Virus record (IMG/VR): IMGVR_UViG_3300025005_000002
Coordinates: 96,001-160,000 of that record
Length of the DNA stretch: 64,000 nucleotides
DNA from: a virus
Direction: 5' to 3' (one strand)
The stretch's first letter is position 1, and each line of letters starts with the position of its first letter. Below, in pieces: positions 1 to 7,424 of this stretch. Below the pieces are notes generated by a model that made no database searches, was not told the origin of the DNA, and saw only the letters and a program-made list of their open reading frames with translations. The position numbers and the translations under genes are program-made.

Positions 1-1
1 T

Positions 2-148
2 GGTAATAATTTCCGTGTGACAAGATGTGTTAATATGCAGACACCATTGCCTGGGGACATTCTTACCGAAGTAGAGTATGGCGAATTAGTAAAAAATAAA
101 TATATCCGAGTTATCTGCGACGCAGACGGAAAAGTTTCTAACAAATAA
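2..148 (+). CDS. 3' end of hypothetical protein (partial, begins before window)
   Basis: Open frame GNNFRVTRCVNMQTPLPGDIL...VSNK* from the window edge to TAA; not in the ORF track. Confidence 0.4.
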   Translation, partial: GNNFRVTRCVNMQTPLPGDILTEVEYGELVKNKYIRVICDADGKVSNK

Positions 149-185
149 CAACAAATTCCATTTCAAGAAAGGTACCAGATAAATT

Positions 186-395
186 ATGACACAAATGACA
201 CAATTGGAAATGGTTGGTTTCCGTAAATTACATTCCCCCGTTTGGACGTGTAATAAGTGTGAAAAGTTAACCCTATTTCCTGATGTTGATGCTTTGTTAA
301 TCCATCTGAAAGACGAACACAAATTAGGTGAGGTGAATATTGATGCAGATGGTGGGGCATGGATTACTGAGACCATCACTGAGGCAACTAACTAA
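186..395 (+). CDS. small hypothetical protein, C2H2 zinc-finger-like
   Basis: CNKC-x13-H-x4-H spacing (CNKCEKLTLFPDVDALLIHLKDEH). Confidence 0.55.
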   Translation: MTQMTQLEMVGFRKLHSPVWTCNKCEKLTLFPDVDALLIHLKDEHKLGEVNIDADGGAWITETITEATN

Positions 396-630
396 GCAGG
401 ATTTACTAAAGATCATAGAACATTCAAATAGTATCATTAGTCAATGTACTGATGTTACCAAAACAAAGTCCTTTGCTGCCTGGGTTATAGACCACGACAT
501 TTATTGGATATTTTCTGTTTTTTATGGTAAAGGAGTACATATATTCAAACCAGAGGAGAGGATGAATGGGTATACAATTGCTGAAGATTCGACTGAAAGG
601 GTTCGCGACCAATTCCTCATCGGCCCATAG
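340..630 (+). CDS. hypothetical protein (start uncertain)
   Basis: Fills the gap between neighbours but overlaps both. Confidence 0.35.
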   Translation: MMQMVGHGLLRPSLRQLTKQDLLKIIEHSNSIISQCTDVTKTKSFAAWVIDHDIYWIFSVFYGKGVHIFKPEERMNGYTIAEDSTERVRDQFLIGP

Positions 631-2008
631 TGTAATCTTGGCTGGATCATTAAAATCAGGAAATAGTGGGCCAGTGACAGATGGTGAATTTGGATGGGAG
701 CATTTTTTACAGTCTACTTATAAGGAAAAGATGTCGTATATGGCCCAGGCATTATTTGATTGCTTGTCTAATCATGAGGACCGTGCTGCCAAATCAAAGC
801 GGGCGAGGAAAATAGTCAAAGATCTTCTTGGTGTTGAGTGTGGATTCGGTACTGGTATTGATCATCAATCTGCCATTGAAATCCCGCAGCGTATGAATAA
901 AAAATTGGCACTTGATTTTTGGAAAGAACTTTCTATTGCAATAAGTAAAGACCAAACGGTAGAAATAGCTGGTGGTAATGATAATGGTGGTGATGTCGAA
1001 GCTGAAGAGCATCCATTTTGGAGCGCAATACGCAACGCACTGAATCATTACAACAGTAATTACCGTATTAGAAAGGATGATGATATTTGGGTATTATTTA
1101 ATACCTATGACGGGACAAAAATGCACCTTGCGTTAAATGATAATCAATTTATTGATGACTTCAAACCAACAAGACCAGAATTAATAGATCTTAAAATTAC
1201 TGACAAATGCAATACTGAATGTAAATTTTGCTATCAAGGAAGTTTACCTAGTGGTCACCATGCTAAATATGAAGATATAGAAAAAGTTCTTGTAGGGATG
1301 GCTAAGGCCGAGGTATTTGAGATTGCAATGGGTGGTGGTGAACCAACGTTACACCGTGATTTTTTTAAAATATTAAACAAAATTAAAAAACTTGGTATGG
1401 TACCAAATTTTTCTACAAAGAATTATAATTTTTTTACGCCACGTAACTTTGAACTTTTAAAAAATGTAGTTGGATCAATTGGTATAAGTGTTAGTACTTT
1501 GGATGATTTAGATAGATATATAAAAATAATGACAGCAGCACGGGATTGTGATATGAATAATTTTTTTGGTAGATCTAAAATTATACTACATTATATATTG
1601 GATCAACATCCAATGTCTAATTTTATAAATATATTGGAGCGGCTATCAAAGACCAATATGTTTCGTCATCATCTGCTATTGCTTGGTAAAAAAGGCGGCG
1701 GGCGTAGTACTGGTGGGTATTTAGATAGTACTGGTTGGGCCTTATTTGTAGATAAATTTTTTAAAGATGAGGAGTCGGAACAATTAGATGTTTCTGTTGA
1801 TACACTTATTGCTAATAGATATGAAGATGATCTGAAATCCATTGATAAAAGACAGTATTACACAGATGAGGGTAGATTCTCTGTGTATGTGGATGTAGTA
1901 AATAAAAAGTTTGGTAAAGCTTCTTATGGAACAGAATTACTACCATATGTTAAGGTTAAAGATATTTTAGATGCTTTTAAGGGATGGGAACCAATCAAAA
2001 TACTCTAA
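566..2008 (+). CDS. radical SAM protein with N-terminal TNSSSxHS phage domain
   Basis: CxxxCxxC (CNTECKFC), GGGEPTLH and STKN motifs of radical SAM enzymes; N-terminal GFATNSSSAHS motif seen in phage hypothetical proteins. Confidence 0.85.
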   Translation: MGIQLLKIRLKGFATNSSSAHSVILAGSLKSGNSGPVTDGEFGWEHFLQSTYKEKMSYMAQALFDCLSNHEDRAAKSKRARKIVKDLLGVECGFGTGIDHQSAIEIPQRMNKKLALDFWKELSIAISKDQTVEIAGGNDNGGDVEAEEHPFWSAIRNALNHYNSNYRIRKDDDIWVLFNTYDGTKMHLALNDNQFIDDFKPTRPELIDLKITDKCNTECKFCYQGSLPSGHHAKYEDIEKVLVGMAKAEVFEIAMGGGEPTLHRDFFKILNKIKKLGMVPNFSTKNYNFFTPRNFELLKNVVGSIGISVSTLDDLDRYIKIMTAARDCDMNNFFGRSKIILHYILDQHPMSNFINILERLSKTNMFRHHLLLLGKKGGGRSTGGYLDSTGWALFVDKFFKDEESEQLDVSVDTLIANRYEDDLKSIDKRQYYTDEGRFSVYVDVVNKKFGKASYGTELLPYVKVKDILDAFKGWEPIKIL

Positions 2009-2040
2009 AGGATAATTATGGCATATTGTAGAATGAGTTT

Positions 2041-2466
2041 GTGTACGATAGATTAATTATGGAGGGCGAACCGTCTAAGCGTATTTCATCTTTTGCGAGG
2101 CGTGCTGAGGCATATGCTGGGAATTCAGACCATGTTAGGTATAAACATGTTGCTATGGTTGTGGGCCGTTCTTTTTTATCAATTGCCACTAATGTTCAAG
2201 GTAAGACTTGTCCAATGCCATCTTCTTATGGTAAGATTAAGGATAAGGCTCATGCTGAAATGAGGGCACTTCACTGGGCATCGCATACTAAGGGTGCGAC
2301 TTTATTTTCAATTAGGGCCGGTTTCAAAAATGCCAAGCCCTGTGCGGGGTGTTTACAACTTGCACATGAGTACGGGATAAAAGATGTCATATATTCCAAT
2401 AATGGGAAGCTTTATACTATAAAATTGAACGGAGAGGGAACAAGAAATGGAACTAGTATTAGATAA
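2041..2466 (+). CDS. Zn-dependent cytidine/dCMP deaminase-family protein
   Basis: HAE (KAHAEMRAL) and PCxxC (KPCAGC), then GIKDVIYS; GTG start. Confidence 0.8.
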   Translation: MYDRLIMEGEPSKRISSFARRAEAYAGNSDHVRYKHVAMVVGRSFLSIATNVQGKTCPMPSSYGKIKDKAHAEMRALHWASHTKGATLFSIRAGFKNAKPCAGCLQLAHEYGIKDVIYSNNGKLYTIKLNGEGTRNGTSIR

Positions 2467-2722
2467 TTACCTAGGTGGGGAGGTAAAAGAAGTAAAGGTG
2501 AATAATCGACATGAATATGGTGATATTGTACAGCAATATATGTTAGAACATCCTGACAATTTTATCACGGTGCGTGGCAAAGATAAGAGTTATGTTATTG
2601 AATATAGTGGTAAGGATTCATATGATGTGTATGAACCCAATCTTAGCAATAAAGCATCTATGCCACTAATAGAAGCAATAGATTATATTTATAACCATGC
2701 TCAACCAAAATTAAAGGAGTAA
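2447..2722 (+). CDS. hypothetical protein
   Basis: Coupled ORF with AG-rich RBS upstream. Confidence 0.6.
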   Translation: MELVLDNYLGGEVKEVKVNNRHEYGDIVQQYMLEHPDNFITVRGKDKSYVIEYSGKDSYDVYEPNLSNKASMPLIEAIDYIYNHAQPKLKE

Positions 2723-2724
2723 AA

Positions 2725-2938
2725 ATGATCATAAATATAGAAACCAAAAAAATGGGGGAAAATAAAACTAACAAGAGAACAAGAAATTGGACTAGTAAAA
2801 AGGATAAAATTGGGATATATAATCACTAGATCATGGAAAACAAAATATGCTAAATGGGTGCGAGTAGATATGTTAAATATCAGAAATGGAGCAACTAAGG
2901 CCTTATATTGGCATAATGGATGGCAGATTGCACACTAA
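2725..2938 (+). pseudogene. frameshifted small ORF with sigma-70 region 1.2-like segment
   Basis: AAGGAG RBS and ATG at 2725; that frame stops at 2829, while the +1 frame after the A7/G5 runs (2745-2758) reads KIKLTREQEIGLVKRIKLG...IAH* to 2938. Confidence 0.45.
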
Positions 2939-2987
2939 TTAGTATTAATTTAGTGATATACATTAATCACTCACCAGGAGGTAAGTT

Positions 2988-3170
2988 ATGGCCGATGACA
3001 AGACTGAAGTAGTAGATCCCAAAGCAGAGTACCAGGGTAACCTTGATGGAGCTTTTGAAGAAGTAATTAATGACCTCGAAAACACAAGGGAAGTCCTTAA
3101 GGAAAAAATTGGAGAGATTGCAACAAATATTAAGGAAGAATTGTTAAAACCCCCAAAAAACAGTAATTAA
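2988..3170 (+). CDS. small acidic/helical hypothetical protein
   Basis: Strong AGGAGG RBS upstream of ATG. Confidence 0.65.
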   Translation: MADDKTEVVDPKAEYQGNLDGAFEEVINDLENTREVLKEKIGEIATNIKEELLKPPKNSN

Positions 3171-3190
3171 CAACCAGATTAAAATATGAG

Positions 3191-3919
3191 GTGGTAATGG
3201 ATAATGCTGTCTTTGACAAGGACGCATTGTTTCAAGAAGTATATACCCATATTAAGCAGCGCGGACTCCCAGTAAAATTCCCTCCATCATTACTCGAATT
3301 TTGTACTTATGAAGATGTCCAGCAGGAATTTTGGCTTGGGGTCACTCGTCGTCTTAAGAAAGTCAAACCATTCAAAGAGGGCACCGGGACATCACCACAG
3401 TTTGGTTTTTTGGTGGATGGTGGGGTACATGCGGTACAAGATTATGTTCGCAGAGTATGCAATCGCAATTTACTCCCACATTGCGCATGTAAGATATGGG
3501 CTACCAAGAAATATGACAAATGTCCTAAATGCGGAAGTGAAATATCTTATTCAACAATATATGGTGAGGATATTATATCTAGGTCAACGACTCAATGTGG
3601 CCCAGATAAAATAGCAGAAGGGAAACTTGAAGTAGAGAAATTCAGAGCATACTTGGAAAAACAAAAAGCAAAAAAAGTATTATATTTATTTAGCATATTG
3701 TGTGGGCATAATAAGGGACCGTGTGATATATGCCCAGATACTTGTAAAGGCAGTATCTGTGATTTTGAGCTTCGGAGAGGCAAATGGCGTTCTGGTTGTA
3801 TTAACCTTCCAAGTAGGGTGGCAGTATATTGGAACGTCAGTCCTGCTAGGGTTGGGGTTGTTTTTGCCAAACTTACCAAACTTGCAAATGAATTTATAAA
3901 TCAAGGTAAACATGAATAA
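3191..3919 (+). CDS. sigma-70-like transcription factor with Cys-rich inserts
   Basis: Region-2-like YEDVQQEFWLGV...AVQDYVRR, CPKCG zinc ribbon, C-terminal HTH-like VAVYWNVSPARVGVVF. Confidence 0.55.
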   Translation: MVMDNAVFDKDALFQEVYTHIKQRGLPVKFPPSLLEFCTYEDVQQEFWLGVTRRLKKVKPFKEGTGTSPQFGFLVDGGVHAVQDYVRRVCNRNLLPHCACKIWATKKYDKCPKCGSEISYSTIYGEDIISRSTTQCGPDKIAEGKLEVEKFRAYLEKQKAKKVLYLFSILCGHNKGPCDICPDTCKGSICDFELRRGKWRSGCINLPSRVAVYWNVSPARVGVVFAKLTKLANEFINQGKHE

Positions 3920-4289
3920 TCTGTTTGACCCCTATATCTTCCGTAAATGCCTAGGTTGGAAGGATATATCTGGAGATTATAAATTTAGCAAGGAACATGA
4001 AGAGTATTTTCTAATTTCCCCATCTGAGCACTTGATGCCAGACATGGTTCCACGTAAGGCCCGCTGTAAAGCCTGCGAAGTTGAATTCAAGCGTTACCAA
4101 ACATTAATCCGCGTCAGGCGTTACCGAATTAACCGGAAGCAAACGGAAATAATAAGGGAATATATTCGTGTGTATAGGGCCAATTTATCTGGCGAAATAA
4201 CTTTACCATCAAATGTTTTAAAACAATTACGCCAAGCGATAATAGAAAATGGAGGGGTACTTGAAGAAAAGAAGAAGTTTGCAGAATAA
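3912..4289 (+). CDS. hypothetical protein
   Basis: Coupled ORF; contains CKAC. Confidence 0.6.
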   Translation: MNNLFDPYIFRKCLGWKDISGDYKFSKEHEEYFLISPSEHLMPDMVPRKARCKACEVEFKRYQTLIRVRRYRINRKQTEIIREYIRVYRANLSGEITLPSNVLKQLRQAIIENGGVLEEKKKFAE

Positions 4290-4437
4290 TAGATATATTA
4301 AAGAGATATATGAATTTTTAATACCGATAACAGTAGATCCAAGATATAGGACAATATATAGTGAAGAATTGCGTAGTAAACTTACAAATCTGTATGAAAA
4401 CATAGCCACACATTGGCATGGGAAAGCACATAGGTGA
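4249..4437 (+). CDS. hypothetical protein (start uncertain)
   Basis: ORF track; fills gap. Confidence 0.4.
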   Translation: MEGYLKKRRSLQNNRYIKEIYEFLIPITVDPRYRTIYSEELRSKLTNLYENIATHWHGKAHR

Positions 4438-4445
4438 CAAGCCGG

Positions 4446-4601
4446 ATGCAAAATAACTGTAGTATGATGATGGTATTAAAATTATTATACACTATATGTA
4501 AAATAGCCAAAAATAACGAAGGGTTAATCAGTGATGATGTTTACGAGAAAGTAGATAATTTATGGTATAGACTTAATGTGTATTGGTATAGGGGAGCCTA
4601 G
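4446..4601 (+). CDS. small hypothetical protein (51 aa, below track cutoff)
   Basis: Manually translated MQNNCSMMMVLKLLYTICK...WYRGA*. Confidence 0.4.
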   Translation: MQNNCSMMMVLKLLYTICKIAKNNEGLISDDVYEKVDNLWYRLNVYWYRGA

Positions 4602-4716
4602 GAAATGATGGTCCTTAGAAGGTATAAGACAATCAAACAAAGGGATGACCGACCATGAAACAATACACAAACTGTCACATGGTTAAACTAACCAATGATT
4701 TTGCTAGGATCGCTGA

Positions 4717-5193
4717 GTGCCTAGAAAGGAATGTGGTATGAGGCGATATAGGACTATAAAACAGTCAGACTCGTATAGTTGCTTTGCGTGTTGTGCGTGT
4801 ATGATAACTGGTGAGACACTAAAGAAATTTATTAAATATATCGGGCATGATGGGTCGGAACCAGACCCAAATGAATCACACCCATCGAAATGTAGAGGAT
4901 TCACTGATAGAGAGGTAGTATTATATCTAGTGGATCGTGGATATGCACTAGGTACATCACCAGAATGGAGTATACCAATTCGCTTTAATGGTGACCCAAA
5001 TGAAGTTATCAAAATAGAAATTCCCATTACTGAGCCCGCAATATTACTTGTTGAAAGTGAAATGTTGTCAGGATATTTCCATTGTGTATTTTGGGATGGA
5101 GAATGGGTTCGCGACCCAAATCCAAAACGCCCGGCTAAGTCTAAACTGGGAGAGTACAAAATACGTGAGTGGAGCCAAGTGATTATATTATGA
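4717..5193 (+). CDS. C39-like papain-fold cysteine peptidase
   Basis: KQSDSYSCFACC (oxyanion Q and catalytic C), later HCVFWDG (H and D). Confidence 0.65.
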   Translation: MPRKECGMRRYRTIKQSDSYSCFACCACMITGETLKKFIKYIGHDGSEPDPNESHPSKCRGFTDREVVLYLVDRGYALGTSPEWSIPIRFNGDPNEVIKIEIPITEPAILLVESEMLSGYFHCVFWDGEWVRDPNPKRPAKSKLGEYKIREWSQVIIL

Positions 5194-5345
5194 AACGCAG
5201 ATATTTTAAGAACAGACGCCATGCAATATTTGTTCAGGTATACATGTTGCTGATGATATGCACAAATTTGTCTCTGTCTATTGAATTATGTAAAAAGGTA
5301 GAAGATATGGTAAATTTTTTTAGGGGGGAGTACAGGAAAGGATGA
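5190..5345 (+). CDS. small hypothetical protein (51 aa)
   Basis: Manually translated; ATGA overlap with both neighbours. Confidence 0.45.
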   Translation: MKRRYFKNRRHAIFVQVYMLLMICTNLSLSIELCKKVEDMVNFFRGEYRKG

Positions 5346-5503
5346 GCCATATAGTTACACATACAGAAGTTGAAACATGGGATGAGGTAATTTGTGATAA
5401 TTGTGGACATGGAGAAGGTATGCATTACAAAACTCCGGAGAAGATATTAGTTGGATCGGGTGGTGAGTATATAGCTTTTGGATGTATAAGGTGTTGCTGG
5501 TGA
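5342..5503 (+). CDS. small zinc-ribbon protein (53 aa)
   Basis: Manually translated MSHIVTHTEVETWDEVICDNCGHGEG...GCIRCCW*; two CxxC pairs. Confidence 0.5.
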   Translation: MSHIVTHTEVETWDEVICDNCGHGEGMHYKTPEKILVGSGGEYIAFGCIRCCW

Positions 5504-5640
5504 GGACCTAAATATCATTGCAATATTGGACAGATTATTTGGTAATGTGGGGTGGATGGGGGACGGATCTGATTTTTCGATACTTATTGATCGTATTATA
5601 TATAGTCTTGGGATACGCGATTTAAAATAAGGAGGGTGTT

Positions 5641-5853
5641 ATGTCAGTTGATCCTAAATATTTGATTGCACCAGAGTCAATAGAAGATACAGCAGATTTT
5701 TTGGCCAATACATTTTTCCCAAAAGGAGAAATAGATCCGGTTAATTTTCAGGTGGTTATGCAATGGGTAATGGCTAGAGAATTAGAAGATGAAGAGGTAT
5801 CATTTGCTTTAGAGAAGTTCTACCAAAAAATGATGATAAATGCTCACAGATAA
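5641..5853 (+). CDS. hypothetical protein
   Basis: AAGGAGG RBS and ATG. Confidence 0.65.
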   Translation: MSVDPKYLIAPESIEDTADFLANTFFPKGEIDPVNFQVVMQWVMARELEDEEVSFALEKFYQKMMINAHR

Positions 5854-6220
5854 GAAGGCTGAAATCATATATAGATTTATATGGATACCAATATTTACAG
5901 CAAGAGATTGTATAAAAGAAACCAACATTCATACTATGGGATGGCGTAAATTGACTAGCAGATTACATAAATTACAGTTTATAATGTGGGAGTTGTGGAA
6001 TAAATAATTTTTGGAAGTATATTTTGTTGCGATACAACCAGTAGAATCCTGGAACCCCTGGATACTACGTAAATTAAGGGTTTGATTTTTATTTCTTTTT
6101 ATAAAATCGCAACCTCAAAATCCAAGTCAAAATATATTAAAATCAAGAACTAAAACAAGAGGCCACAATGCGAAAATCTAAAATGATTGGGTTATTACAC
6201 GATTGAGTAGGATAATTAAG

Positions 6221-6382
6221 ATGTCGGTATCAAAGGATAAACAGATATCCGCTATTAGGAAAGATCTTAGTAAGGTGATGGTATGTATTGGGTCGGATTA
6301 TAATTTCCTACATCTTCGTCTGTTATATATATATGAAAGATTGGGGTATTTGTACTCATTTACTGATGTTATATATATATGA
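6221..6382 (+). CDS. small hypothetical protein whose 3' end is altered by a tandem duplication
   Basis: Manually translated MSVSKDKQISAIRKDL...LYIYERLGYLYSFTDVIYI*. Confidence 0.4.
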   Translation: MSVSKDKQISAIRKDLSKVMVCIGSDYNFLHLRLLYIYERLGYLYSFTDVIYI

Positions 6383-6412
6383 AAAATTGGGGCATTTGTA
6401 CTCATTTACTGA
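6321..6412 (+). repeat. 46-bp tandem duplication (2 copies, 2 mismatches)
   Basis: tgttatatatatatgaaaGattggggTatttgtactcatttactga (6321-6366) and tgttatatatatatgaaaAattggggCatttgtactcatttactga (6367-6412). Confidence 0.95.
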
Positions 6413-6428
6413 TGAGCGATAAAAAAGT

Positions 6429-7424
6429 ATGGCTGAATTTGCCGAATTAAAAGAGGCAATTAAGTTTGCAAAGGTCGGGGGTCTTACCGAATTGGTAGTA
6501 CCCCCAGCCTATATTAAATTCTTGTCATTTAATAAAATAGAGGTTACAACTGGGTATTTTAATGTTGGTGGTAAGGTAGACCAACGGAAAAGTGTTTTTG
6601 AATTACCACATTATCTCCTACCTACCATTTCCCGCCTGTTTACCTCTAAGTCTACCACATATTCCCTATTAACATCCCTATCAAATGACTTAGCAATAAG
6701 GTGCCTAAATGATATATTTAGTAAATATATAGAAAATGTGTATATTTTACATACAAAAGGTGTAATTAGGTGTATGGTACCAGAAAAATATGTTTTTATC
6801 CCAAATGAGTATATATTAAATGGTATAATCAGTAAAGAAACTGAGGCTAATGTTGTTAATATTTTGATGTGTGAACAATCTAGGATTATGAGGATGGTAT
6901 ATGTTGATGGTGGGACGATAAAAACTCAAGCAGGTCCAATTAAAAAAGCTGTTGCGGTATTAAATAGTGAAATTGGTATGTTGGATTATAAAATAGTTAA
7001 AAAGGCTTCTATAGTAGCATATCCAGCGGTATGGTATATAGATATAAATAAGTGTGCGATATTAAATGGTGTCGAGATCCCATTTGTGGCTGTTAATCAG
7101 CAGAGTAAGAAAAAAACTGATATTTTATTAGATTTTATGGTTGATATAGCAATGAGTAAATTGTATGATGTTGTCATTGATATTCATGATGCCATGGTAC
7201 AAGAGCGGCCAGATGGTGTAAATGGGTTGGTTGGTATGGTTAGGAGAGAATTAAAATCAATTGACCCGGCCTATTATAAACAATTGCAGACTTTAATGGG
7301 TAGAATGTCTGTTTATTCGTTATATATTAATATATTAAATAGAAGTAGTTCATATACACCACAATTTAGAATTAAGATTGAAAAACTTTGTGGTAAAATT
7401 TATGGGGGATTTTATGACAAATAA
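6429..7424 (+). CDS. hypothetical protein, possibly a distant DUF932-like protein
   Basis: IRCMVPEKYVFIPNEYIL and AVAVLNSEIG recall the RAxLSxxYxxxDN and NSExG motifs of DUF932; weak. Confidence 0.4.
   Translation: MAEFAELKEAIKFAKVGGLTELVVPPAYIKFLSFNKIEVTTGYFNVGGKVDQRKSVFELPHYLLPTISRLFTSKSTTYSLLTSLSNDLAIRCLNDIFSKYIENVYILHTKGVIRCMVPEKYVFIPNEYILNGIISKETEANVVNILMCEQSRIMRMVYVDGGTIKTQAGPIKKAVAVLNSEIGMLDYKIVKKASIVAYPAVWYIDINKCAILNGVEIPFVAVNQQSKKKTDILLDFMVDIAMSKLYDVVIDIHDAMVQERPDGVNGLVGMVRRELKSIDPAYYKQLQTLMGRMSVYSLYINILNRSSSYTPQFRIKIEKLCGKIYGGFYDK

Noticed and set aside
6321-6412. CRISPR array or iteron set
   Set aside because: Only two directly adjacent copies with no spacers.
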